A program made the position numbers and the translations under genes. Below are positions 1 to 11,211 of a stretch of DNA of 64,000 nucleotides, in pieces; position 1 is the stretch's first letter, and every line of letters starts with the position of its first letter. This DNA comes from Caecitellus pseudoparvulus (taxonomy: Eukaryota > Protista > Bigyra: Bicosoecida). The stretch is taken from contig CBFFRQ010000069.1 in the NCBI GenBank assembly GCA_965644315.1, forward strand, positions 992,001-1,056,000, written 5' to 3'. The notes beneath the pieces were generated by a model that was not told where the DNA came from, made no database searches, and was given only the letters and a program-made list of their open reading frames with translations.

Positions 1-325
1 CTCCATGTGGCCCCCTGCACGTGGAGAGTTGTGCAGTGAAACGCCAGAGCCACCACGCCGCTGTTACGCGGCACCACGACGCACGGCACTGCCGCAGCAC
101 GGCTTCAATGGTGACAGGGTCAATGTCCGGGAACATGGACTGCAGGGTGCTCATGGCTTCCTGCTTTGTGAGGGTGGCTGCCATGGTTGGAGGAGCAGCA
201 AGACGCCACAAGTGCGCGGGAGGCGAAGGGAAGGCCGCGTGGGGTCAACGACGAAGGAATCGTACATTGCATGGCAAGCAGCGGTGGAGGTTCGTGGCGG
301 AGTGTCGTTTTGTGCCGTGCGGTGC

Positions 326-1978
326 TCAGTGCTCCTGGCTCCACTGGATGGACTTCAGGTCAATGCCCTCCTGCACCATCTCCCACAGCGGCGACATCTC
401 CCGCAGCCGCTGCACGTGCTTCACGCACAGGTCCACCGCCATGTCCACCTCTTCCTCCGTCGTGAAGCGCCCGATGCCGAAGCGGATGCTGGTGTGCGCG
501 AGGTCCTCCTCCACCCCGATGGCCCGCAGCACGTAGCTAGGCTCCAGGCTGGCGCTGGTGCAGGCTGAGCCGCTGCTCACAGCCACGTTCTTCAGCGCCA
601 TGAGGAGGCTCTCACCCTCCACGTACGCGAAGGAGATGTTCAAGTTGCCGGGGTACCTGGCGTCCTTGTCGCCGTTCAGCACGACGTCGTCCAGCTGGGA
701 GGTGATGCCGTTGTACAGCCGCTCACCCAGCGCGCTCACCCAGGCTGTGTCAGCCTCCATTTCCTGCGCGGCCACGTCACAGGCGGCGCCCAGGCCCACG
801 ACGAGGGGATGCGGCAGGGTGCCGGAGCGCAGGCCACGCTCCTGCCCCCCCCCTGAAATCAGCGGCTCCATGCGCACCCGAGGGCGCCGGCGCACGTACA
901 GCGCCCCCACCCCCTTGGGGCCGTACAGCTTGTGCCCGGAGATGGACAGGGCGTCGATGTTGCAGGCGTTGACATCCAGGGGCATCTTGCCCACCATCTG
1001 CGCGGCGTCGCAGTGGAAGAACACCTTGTTGGCGCGGCACACCTTCCCGATGGCCTCCAGAGGCTGCACAACGCCAATCTCATTGTTCACGCCCATGATG
1101 CTGACCAGGGCAGTGTCGGGGCGGATGGCAGCCTCCAGCTGGGCCACGTCCACGAGGCCGTTGGACTGCACGGGCAGGTACGTGACGTCCCACCCCTCAG
1201 CTTCCAGCCACCTGCAGCTGTCCAGGACGCACTTGTGCTCTGTGGTGGTGGTGATGACGTGCTTCTTACGGTTGCGGTAGAAACGGGCAATGCCCTTGAT
1301 GGCTGCGTTGTTGCTCTCCGTGGCGCCCGAGGTGAAGACGACTTCCTTGGGGTTGGCGCCGATGAGGTCAGCCACTTGCTGCGTCGGGGTGTGTGCAAGC
1401 GGGGGGTGCGGTGGCGGGCTGGGCCGTGGAGCACACGCCACGTACCTTGCGAGCGACCTCCACGGCTTGCTCGGCTTCCCACCCGAAGGAGTGTGTCCGA
1501 GAGTGCGGGTTGCCGTACTGCTCAGTCATGAAAGGCATCATTGCATCCAAGACGCGGGGGTCCAGAGGCGTCGTTGCCTGGGGGGCATGCCAAGCGGTAT
1601 GCAGCCAGCGCGTTGTGGGTTGCGGAATTTGCCGACACACACCTGCATGTCCAGGTACGCAGGCCTGCCGGCCAAGGCCTGGCCCTTGATGGAGAAGCCA
1701 GGGGAGTGCACTGTGTCTGCCTGCATCCCGCTGAGGACAGACTCGGGCACCTTGCCCGAGGCTGAGTAGCGCTTGTCTGCGCCAAAGGCAGGAGGGGCGT
1801 GTTGCGAAGGTGGCGGACTGCAGCGCCGATTTCAGAGCCACCCACCCTTTGCCATCTGCTCAAAAGAGGTGGATGTCACAGGTTCTGTAGCCATGCATCG
1901 CATGAGCGGCGCCGTTCCAGTAGGAACCGCTCGCCGGGCGGCCAGTAGGCACGAAGTGGCAGCCCTTGCCAGAGCCAT
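326..1978 (-). CDS. NFS1: Mitochondrial cysteine desulfurase (IscS/Nfs1), 4 exons
   Basis: Motifs YLDMQ|[37 protein letters not shown] (PLP Lys), [17 protein letters not shown] and C-terminal IDLKSIQW. N-terminal Arg/Ala-rich presequence [13 protein letters not shown] introns at about 1777-1845, 1578-1642 and 1379-1445 join the frames. Confidence 0.97.
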
Positions 1979-2423
1979 GGCGAGTTGCTGACGTGGTGCT
2001 GTGCCGGGTGTGGCGGCTGGCTGCACGTTGAGGGAAGGCGGCGTGGCAGGGCACTGCTGAGGGGCGCTCAGACAGGGCATTCTGCGTGCGTGCACTTGCA
2101 TTTTGAGGGGCTTCGCAGTGTCGGGCGGCTCGCATGTGCTTGGCTGCCGGCGCGGTGTGCTGGCGTTCGGCGGGCGCCAGCTCCAATGCCAGGCGGTGTG
2201 ATGAGTGCAGGTTTCTGGGCAGGCAAGCGAGGGCGCGCAGGCACCTCCAACAACACCCAGCGAGTCGCTAGCGAGGAGGCTGCGCAGGTGGCTGGGTTGT
2301 GCAGGCACCGCCCTCAGCGCCGTGCACCATGCCGCGATGTAGGAAGTGCCGTGGACGAGCCTGTGCGGCCAGCGGCGGTTCGCTGCTCGCTCCCCAGCAC
2401 CCACACGGACAATGCTTGTCTCT

Positions 2424-3135
2424 TCACGCATCCATGGCCGCCGCCAGCGCATCAGCTGCGTTCCACTCCTCCTCCTCAGAGGCCGCACCGTCCACAGCGT
2501 CCGCACCCCACTGGCCTTGCCCAGCCCCCATCATGTACTCGTCGTCCAACACACCCCATTTGCTGCCCTTGGCGGATCTCTTGGGCGCCGGATCTGCTTC
2601 TCCCTGCTGCTGCCGAAGCAGGGCCAGGAAGGTGTCCTTGCCGTCTGCGGCATCGCCGGCATCCCCCCCCTCCTCACCGCGGCCACGCTGGTGCTGCGAG
2701 ATGGCGTTGAAGAGAGCCACCACGCCCTTGGTGGCCACACGCACAAGGCTGCGTTCGTAGCCCTTCTCCAGCACAGACGGCTTCGCCATGCTGCGGCGTG
2801 CGCCAGACTGCACGGCGCTCTGCTTCTTGCGCTCCGCTTTCGCCGCTGCCTCTGCTGCACTGGACTTCATGGACACAGTGCGGCGCTTGGCCATGATGGG
2901 ATTCTGTGGCTCGAGGGGTGCGGTTGAGGGTGCAGGGATGAGCGAGCGTTCGCAGGCTGCAGTCCTGCGGAACATGCTCAGGCGCATTCGATTTCCGCGC
3001 ACCCACCTTTGCTGGAAGCTCCCTGCCTAGCGCCTTTGCCATGGCACTGGCGAAGCCACCCGCAGCATTATCGGTGGTGGGCTCTGGTCGGGGGCGCTTC
3101 ACGCCCCGCTTATCAGACTGCTTGTTGGTGGCCAT
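2424..3135 (-). CDS. RRP15: RRP15-like ribosome biogenesis protein, 2 exons
   Basis: ERSLVRVATKGVVALFNAISQHQ core, DTFLALLR and WGVLDDEYMMG match Rrp15. Exon 1 is MATNKQ...GFASAMAKAL; intron about 2904-3006. Confidence 0.88.
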
Positions 3136-3391
3136 GTCGCAAGCCCCGTGCCGAGTGTGTGCTGCAGGGTACAATGGCTGACAAAACCACCAGCTGGCGC
3201 AGCACGTTTGCCGCGGGATGGAGGACCCCAACACACAGGCCCCATTGCAACACCTTGAGTCAGTGGTGGAGTTGAGTTTTGAAGGGCTGCAGGTGCGTGG
3301 GCAGGCGGAGGCAAGGGGCAGAGGAGGCCACGGCGTGTAGCTTTTCGCCGGCATGGCGCGTCGGAAGGGAATCGGTGACAGCAGAAGGTGC

Positions 3392-4756
3392 ATGCGTCCA
3401 GGAGTTTATGTACCACTCGCACTGGCCTTGTGTGCATTTGGACTGATTGCGTGGGTTGGGCTGGGCGGTGGCTGGAGTAGCGTTTCAGATGGGACAGTGG
3501 GCGAAACGGCAAGACGCATAGCACTGCTGCGGCCCGGCGCTGAGGCTTTGGAAGAGGCGCCTCCCGGCCCAGTGGTTGACTGTCAATGTGCTGCATGTCC
3601 ACAGATGGCTCCATCCGAGGAGGATGTGCTCTTGCAAGGCTCCAGGCCAGGGCACTGGCCAGCCGACTGGACTCCGGACAGGTTCACACTTGCCCCCAGC
3701 TCAGCCGCCGCTCAGGAGGATGCGTGGTGGATGCCGCCGCCCATCTTGCCCTCTCTGTACGCCGCTGCACGCGGCCAGGAGCGTTTCTTGGAACCGGGGC
3801 TTCCTGAGCTGGAGCTGCACACCACCCCCACCTCCGCGTGGCTGTGGGCGGCACAAGACACCTTCGCGCGGTGCGAGCGCCTGCCTCCGTCACCCCCCAC
3901 GGCAGCCAACGGCAACATCACCTTAGTGACAGTTCTCCTGGACTTGAAGCGCCACGAAGCCAACATGGGCCAGTTCAAGCGCCCGTTTGAGTACTACATC
4001 AACAGCCTGCAGCGCCTAGTGGACCAGGGCTTCCCCATGGTGGTCTTCGCACCCGAATCAGTGCAGGCCAGCGTGAAAGTGCGCCCCACCGCCGGCCGAG
4101 TGCAGTGGGTGCCCCTGGATGTGCCGCGTCTGAAGCGGTACTTCCCGTACTGGGACAGGGTGCAGTCCATCCGCACGTCTGACCTGTGGACTCGGCAGGC
4201 GGAGGCCATCGGGTACCTGGACACCGCCCCCCAGAAGCAGCAGGAGGCGTACAACCCGCTGGTGATGTCCAAGATGGCCTTGCTGCGGGACGCCGCCCGC
4301 CTGAACCCCCACCGCAGCCAGGCGCTGATGTTTGTGGACGCCGCACACATGTGCGCTGGCAACCTGCGCCCGGGGCGCATGCCGCTGTACAGCCGCCTCA
4401 TGGGGGAGGGTTTCATGGTGACGTCGTGGCCGTATGGCAGCGGGACGGAAGTGCACGGCATGGCTGACAAGGCCATGCACGTGTACATGGGCACGGCTGA
4501 GGACCCCTTCACCCTCGTGCGGGGGGGGGTCTTTGGCGGCCGCCCACAGGACATCGAGTGTGCGACGGCGGTGTACCAGCACATCCTCGCCGGCACGTTG
4601 GGGGACGGGTACATGGGCACAGAGGAGAACATCCTGTCCCTGCTGCTGAAGCACTTCCCCGACCTCGTGGCTAACTTTGACAACAACTCCCTCGGCGTGC
4701 ATGGCGACAACTGTGCCAGCTTCATCGCCAACCAGCAGCAGGCGGAGAAGTGGTAA
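3392..4756 (+). CDS. HtrL/YibB (WlaTC)-like putative glycosyltransferase, type II membrane protein
   Basis: N-terminal TM helix, Pro-rich stem, then ITLVTVLLDLKR...RPFEYY, YNPLVMSKMALLRDAARLNP, FVDAAH, RGGVFGG and GYMGTEENI, resembling the HtrL_YibB family. Intronless. The start may be 3353 or 3392. Confidence 0.65.
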   Translation: MRPGVYVPLALALCAFGLIAWVGLGGGWSSVSDGTVGETARRIALLRPGAEALEEAPPGPVVDCQCAACPQMAPSEEDVLLQGSRPGHWPADWTPDRFTLAPSSAAAQEDAWWMPPPILPSLYAAARGQERFLEPGLPELELHTTPTSAWLWAAQDTFARCERLPPSPPTAANGNITLVTVLLDLKRHEANMGQFKRPFEYYINSLQRLVDQGFPMVVFAPESVQASVKVRPTAGRVQWVPLDVPRLKRYFPYWDRVQSIRTSDLWTRQAEAIGYLDTAPQKQQEAYNPLVMSKMALLRDAARLNPHRSQALMFVDAAHMCAGNLRPGRMPLYSRLMGEGFMVTSWPYGSGTEVHGMADKAMHVYMGTAEDPFTLVRGGVFGGRPQDIECATAVYQHILAGTLGDGYMGTEENILSLLLKHFPDLVANFDNNSLGVHGDNCASFIANQQQAEKW

Positions 4757-4892
4757 ATCCAAACCCCCTCGAACACACGTGGCTGGCTGGCAGTGAGTGT
4801 GCTGTGCCCAGGCCAGTGTGTCAAGGCTCCCTGCCCACAAAGGCAGGCACCCCCTTCAGCCAGGCGCCAAGGTCTGTTCCGCAGCCTGCACC

Positions 4893-7800
4893 ATGGCTTC
4901 GCCAGAGTTCCTGCAGCTGCTGAAGCGCCTGCAGAGCGGCGAGAATCCAGTGCGCAAGGCAGCTGAGGCAGAGTTTCAGCAGCTGTGTGCAGCACCAGGG
5001 CCGGTGGGTGCTTGCTTGGCAGCAGGGGGACGTGAATGTCTGCAGAGCACACACCCGGCAGTCGTCTCCTTCCTGCGCAGCTCACCACCACACTTCTGGT
5101 GGTGTGCAGCACCAGTACACAGGAGGCGGACCGAAACACAGCCAGCGTGTACCTGCGCTCCATTCTCTCGCGGGAGAACTCGTCATGGGGCAAGTTGACG
5201 CCTGAGGAGCAAGCGCACGGTGCGTGTCAATTTCCGCAGCCCACCACGCCGGCCGTCGCCACTCCCTCACCTCCCTGAGCGCACAGTGAAGAGCACGCTG
5301 CTGTCGTCGCTGTCTAAGGAGCCGCGGAAGCACATCCGGGAGAAGCTTGCCCATGCCGTCGGCGAGGTGGCCGCCAATGTGTTCACTGCGACGCCGCCAC
5401 AGCAGTGGCCAGAACTGCTGCCGCTGGTGCTGGAGTCCACCAAGGCGGAGGACGCTGCCATGCGGGAGACAGCCATGTTGCTCTTTGACAAGGTGGCCCT
5501 GTACGTGGGCAGCAAGGTGTTCAAGGGGCATGAGGGCGAGCTGGTGCCTCTCCTCTCGGCACGCCTGCAGGACTCCGCGTGGCAGGTGCAGCTGGAGTCC
5601 ATCAAGACCACCGTCAGCGTCATCCTGTGCACGTCCGAGCGCGCCCGCCAGGAGGTGTACGCGCCCCTCATGCTGCTGGCCCTGCACGCCCTCAGCTCCG
5701 TCCTGCGCGCCGATGAGTTCCGGGCCAAGGAGGCACAGAAGTCCCTCAACGACATCGCCTACGCGACGCCCTTCTTGTTCAAGGGCTGCCTGGACCAGGT
5801 CGTGTCGGGCATGGAGGCCATCTGCAAGGAGCCAGGGCTGGAGACAGACGCCCGGTGCCTGGCACTGGAGCTGCTGACGCAGCTGTGCCACTCGGCACCC
5901 GGCATGATGCGGCGGCACGGGCGGGGGGTGACGGTGGCCCTGGTGCAGGCGTTCGCCTTCCTGCGCACGCTGCAGGACACGTCAGACGGCACTGTGTGGC
6001 TGGCACAGCCCCTGGACACGCCCGAACAGACGTACGACATGCAGCTGAAGGAGGACCTGCAGACACAGGGTGAGGGCACGCTGCTGCGACTGTGCCGGCG
6101 CATCGGCGGCAAGACGGTGGCGGCGCCCATCGTGGAGACCTTCACGCAGCTCATGCAGAGCGAGTCGTGGGTGGACCGCCGGGCAGGCCTCATCGCCCTG
6201 CTGGTGTCCATCGAGGGCTGTGCGGAGCAGTTGCGGGGCAGCCTGGTGGGGCTGGTGCAGGTGGTGCTGGCGCGGGTGGGGGATGCGCACCCTCGGGTCC
6301 GGCACGCCGCCATGCGGTGCCTGGAAGCCCTCACGGAAGCCTACTGTGAGCGCAAGCCGGGGCAGCCCAACTTCCAGGACCAGGTGGGCACGCTGGTCAT
6401 CCCGGTCCTGACGGAGGCCATGCTGTCCACGTCCTCCCACGGACGCATGGAGCGCCTGCGCGGCATCGCCGCTGACGCCCTGACAAACGTCATCCACTTC
6501 CAGAACTGCCGCCGGTCCACGGTGGAGGCGCCCCTGGACATCATGCGTGCTGCAGTGGACTTGCTCAAAACCACCACGGGGGTGTTCGTGAAGTGCACTG
6601 CACTTGGCATCGTGTCGGCCACGGCAGAGCTGCTGAAGTCTGAGTTCAGCGCGCTGTACGGGGAGGTGGTGCCGCTGGTGCGCCAGGTGGCGTCTGAGGC
6701 TGCCAAGGGCGGCAAGAAGTTCCAGGGCGTGCGGGACGGCAGCATCACGGCGCTGACGCACATCTTCCACGCGGTGGGATTTGAAGCCTGCCAGCAGGAC
6801 TGCCTGGAGGTGCTGCGCCTCATCGCGGACAGCCTGGGCGCAGGCAAGGACACCGCGACGGGGGCGGCCGCCTCGTCCACCGGCAGCAGCGACAGCAACA
6901 CATACGCTGAGCTGACCGCCGCCGCTGCCCGCTTGGCAGCCACCATGGGGGCGCATTTCGCGGAGCATTTGGGGGCGCTGCTGCCCAGTCTGGCGGCGAC
7001 AGCTGCGCGCAAGGTGGAGATGTACGAGCTGGACCCATCCCAGGATGACATGGAGGCGGAGGAACTTGCGGGCATGGCCAAGTACGAGTTGCCGGTGCAG
7101 CACCACGGCGCCGGCAGCCACAACGCGACGTGGGTGGCCCTGGACGAAAACGCCATGAACGAGAAGGCCACCGCCGTGAACGCGCTGTTCTCCTTCCTGG
7201 ACCACCTGCCCATGGATGCGCTGGTGCCGTACGTGGACGACTTGGCCCGGGTGCTGGTGCCGCTCATGTCGGTGGAGGAGATGGAGACGATTCGCTGCAC
7301 GGCGCTGTCCTGCGCCCACCGCCTGCTGCGCGTGGCCATGGTGGACCCGCACAACCCCCGCCACGGGCAGGTGATGGCAGAGACCGTGCTGCCTGCCCTC
7401 AACCAGCACGTGATGAAGGAGGCTGACAGGCACTCCCTGCAGACAGGCCTACAAGCCTTCTCGGCTGTCACGCGGGACATGCACGAGGACGGGCTGGGCA
7501 AGGCCCGCCCCAGCATTGTCTTGCCCACGCCCCTGCTCAAGGACTGCCTGCAGGCGCTGTTCAGCGTCTCCGTGCAGTCCCTGACTGTGCGGAATTCGAT
7601 GGTGACCACCCTGCAGGAGGAGGACACGGACGCCGAGATGCAGGAGGAGGTGGCGGCGGTGCTGGCCTTGGAGGACGAATCCCTCACCAACACTGTGGAC
7701 TCCATCGGCGCCCTCGTGAAGATCTACAAGGGCGAGCTGCTGCCCCTGCTGCAGGAGACTGGCCTGCTCACACTGTACTTCAACCTGGCAGACAACTTGG

Positions 7801-8801
7801 AGCCCATGCACTGCACGGTGCGGGGTGGCGGCCTCGCCTTCAGCGTGGATGTCGTGGAACACTGCGGCACGGCGGCCAGGGAGCTCGTGCCGCGTGTGCT
7901 GCCACACCTGCTGGACTTGACCAGCCACGAAGTGCCCATGATGCGCCAGCTGGCAACGTACGGGCTGGGAGTGGTGGTGGCGCAGCACCTGCCCGCCCTC
8001 AGCGCCGGAGACGTCACTCGCACTGTGCAGGGGCTGGCTCGTGCGGCGTTCAAGGACCCCCTGGCAGCCCACGAAGACATGCAGGTGGCCACAGTGAACG
8101 CAATTTCCGCACTCATCAAGACGCTGAACCACGCCGCTGGCCACGCCGGCTTCGCTGCCGCCGGCATGACCCCTGCACAGCTCCTTGCCGCCATTGTGGA
8201 CTGGCTGCCCGTGTCCAAGGGTGGTGACGAAATCGAAGCCCGTGACATCCACGAGTGGTTCCTGGCACAAGTTGCTGCGGCGGAGCCAGGCGTGGTGGGT
8301 GCCGGCGGCGCCGCCTTGGGCACTGTGCTGGGCAAGGTGTGCCAGATGCTGGAGGAGCACTTCAAATTCTTCTTCTCAGTGCTGGTGACGGCAGTGGAGA
8401 ACGGCGAGGACGACGTGCAGGTGGACGACGCCTCCCTCATCAAAAACGCCGACATCACAGGCACCATCCCCGGCCTCGCCGCAGCCCTGCAAGCCAAGCT
8501 GGGCGAGGGGCCTGTGGCGGCGGCCCTCAGCAGCCTGTCGGCGCAGCAGCAGGCCGCGCTGCGTGACCCCGCCTCCGTCGCCAGCCTCGTGCGCGACACC
8601 ATGCTGCCGGCGGCGGGGCTGCAGGCCGCCCAGCAGCTGTGCATGTACGCCGTCAAGTACCCATCAAGCGTGACGGGGGAGGGGCTGGCCACGGTGCGGC
8701 TCAGCGGCCTGGTGCCGGCCGCCACCGCGGCCACAGCTGCCAGTTTGCAGGCGGTGGGCGCGGCGCCCCCCACACCCCCCTCCAGCACAGGCGCAGGGTA
8801 G
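4893..8801 (+). CDS. IPO5: Importin-5 / karyopherin beta-3 (Pse1/Kap121) HEAT-repeat protein
   Basis: IBN-like start (ENPVRKAAEAEF), QWPELL, RIGGKTV, WVDRRAGLIAL..IEGC and DAHPRVRHAA. Introns at about 5004-5080 and 5220-5286. Confidence 0.85.
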
Positions 8802-8835
8802 CTGCTGCGGAGCCAGTCGCGGAGAGTTTCCCGTC

Positions 8836-8849
8836 TGCATTGCAATGCA
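8836..8849. terminator. Perfect palindrome TGCATTGCAATGCA, candidate bidirectional 3'-end signal
   Basis: Lies in the 76-bp gap between two convergent stop codons and carries AATGCA on both strands. Confidence 0.5.
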
Positions 8850-8877
8850 CGCCACCTGCCGTGAGCCGCGCACGGCG

Positions 8878-9480
8878 CTAGCGCAGCCTCCGACCATACG
8901 GCGTTGTGCGAGAGGGCTGGTGCACAGCCATGGAGCCAGCGTAGGGCCGGTTGCCGCCGCTGTAGAAGCACTGCGCTGCCGCTTCGCCGGACGCGCTGCT
9001 GCCTGTTGTGCCGGCGGTGAAGAACTCCTTCAGCACGCGCCGGTCGATGCCATGAGGCCGCAGCGTCTCGGGCATGTCTGCTTCCGTCATGGCTTGCTCC
9101 GCCATGATCTCCATCTCGTCCAAGTGTGCAGGCTCCTCTGTTTGGGCCGGCACAGCTGCCGCGGCAGCAGCCTGACGCAGCGTTTCTTTCAGCGCTCCCT
9201 CTGCCGCCTCCACACGCTTGAGGTCGATGCCGAGGGCGGCTTTGCGCACAAGCTGGGTTTCCTTCGGAGCGTGTTGGCGCAGGACACCCTCCGGGTCAGC
9301 CTCAACCACGCAGTTGCCTGCTCTGGCCGTCGTGGTAAGCTCGCCTCCTGCCACCGCTGCAAGCGTCGTGGCTTCCCTGCGCCGGCGCGGAATCACCCGC
9401 TCTGGCTCAGGGCGTGTGATGGCAGGCACCTTCTCTGGCATGCGCCTACGGCTCTTGCCGAGCCCAGGGTCGCTGGGCAT
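8878..9480 (-). CDS. Hypothetical protein (~200 aa)
   Basis: Open frame with protein-like charged/helical composition. It converges on IPO5 and shares a 3' motif with it. No recognisable domain; start uncertain (9480 or upstream). Confidence 0.55.
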   Translation of the reverse strand: MPSDPGLGKSRRRMPEKVPAITRPEPERVIPRRRREATTLAAVAGGELTTTARAGNCVVEADPEGVLRQHAPKETQLVRKAALGIDLKRVEAAEGALKETLRQAAAAAAVPAQTEEPAHLDEMEIMAEQAMTEADMPETLRPHGIDRRVLKEFFTAGTTGSSASGEAAAQCFYSGGNRPYAGSMAVHQPSRTTPYGRRLR

Positions 9481-11211
9481 GCTGCGCTGGGTTGGGGTGG
9501 CCGCGGCACGTCGCTGCGATGCGGAAATTGATTCAGCTCCCGAGCCGTGCCCACTGCATTCCACGTGACGCTGCACTTTGACGTGCATGAAAGCATGGAT
9601 GGAGATGGCCCACGTTCTGCACCAGGTTTTGTGTTATGCATTAGCGTTGGGTGTGAGTGACGACCCATTCCTGCCTCTGCTGTAGTGACATTTACTCTTT
9701 TGGCTGGTTGCTGGCGCACAGCTGTGCTGCTCCACAACCCGGAAGCACGCGTGTTAGCGTGTTTCCCGAGGAAATTTCAAAGAGCATGCAGTACCATGGT
9801 TCGCCTTTCCCCTTGCATCGGCTGAGGAGCTCCCTGGGAGTCTTGTCAGCCAGCGACGCTGCCCTGTGCAAGTTGCATGACTGGCGGTCAGCTGCACCAA
9901 CGAGAGGCGGGCGGTCGGCATTGAAGGGAGACCAGCCACCGCACAGCAGTGGATGCGCACTGCTGCTCCCAAGGCGCTTCTTAGGTGTGGGCCTCGGCAA
10001 GCTGCCTGCCCTGCTCCAAGCACGCGACGCTGGCTGCTGCCACGCTCCTTGCCTAAGTTGCCAATCAGTGCCGGGAAATGGGGGGCAAATGATGGCAAGG
10101 TGAGCATGACAGGGAGTGCCTGTGAGCCCAGTGACGAGGCAAGGTGATGGCCACACTGCATGCCAGCCGCTGCAATTGGTGACACGGCGTGGTGCGTTCG
10201 AGCCGCTCGGTGCAGAGAGCTGAAGTGAATGCCTTCCGCACCCGCTGTGCAGACTTGCAGCCTTTTCCAGCACCTGAGCTCGAACTTTGGTAGAAGATAC
10301 GTTTGGAGTACTTTCATGGGCGCGTTTCAGCGCGTGTTGACGAGTTGGTGCATGCCTGCCTGCCTCGGCGAAGGCGTGTCCAGCGCCGTTTTAGTTTGGA
10401 CAGCGAGCCACTCCCAAGTGCTTTTCTCCCGCCACAACGGACGGATGGCGCCGCAAAGCAGAAAATTAACCGTAATTTAGCTCAATGGAGTCAAGACTGG
10501 CACACCTTGGCGCAACTTTGCGCCGCCAGCGCGCTTGGACGCGCATGCCGTCTTGCCGGAGGCGCTTGACATGACGCAGCAGCAGCTGGCCCGCTGCTGC
10601 TAGGCTGTGCGGAGCTGCCTGATTGCTGGCCCCTCCGAGCTCCACAACACACGAGATTTCAAAGCAAGCAGGCCTCATGCTTCCTCTTGCTGCTTCTTGC
10701 GGCTCAGGTCACTCCGTGACACTTCAAGGCCCGTCTGGTAAAGACAGCAAAGTTGGTGATGCGCAGGCAGGCAAAGCAGCGGCAACGGCAGCCATCATCC
10801 CACCATTGACGCTAAAAATGCAATTTTTAACTGCCTCCGATCCCCATCCTGCTAAGAGCCTCTTTCCATGCTGGGGCGGCCAAGCTGAGTGCATGAAGTG
10901 GGGGCGTGTCGAAGCGTCCCGATCAAGCCGCAGAGGCGCAGCGTGGCCACTTCGCACAGAGCTCAGGTCTTGCACGGGCAAAAGCGTCCCCACCAGCGCC
11001 GGAAACGGCGGCCTTAACTTGCTGATCACGAGTCATACCGCATTTATCTTTCCGTCTCGTGTCCATACCCTGGCTTGAGAGGGGCTACTCACTAGTCTTC
11101 GGCAGCAACAGGCTCCGTCCGAGTCGCCATGCCATCGCCCCCACCCTCACGGCTGCCGCCTTCCACCTGCACACGCAGCACGCCGTCCTACTCTACTGCC
11201 AGCTGCGGGTC

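Noticed and set aside
5982-8971. Long antisense ORFs (300-480 aa) over importin-5, and similar ones over clathrin, POLQ and XPD (e.g. 62250-63713)
   Set aside because: These are shadow ORFs expected from high GC3 codon bias. They have no motifs and lie opposite well-supported genes.
10180-10225. GTTCGA suggesting a tRNA T-loop
   Set aside because: No cloverleaf stems or A-box could be built.
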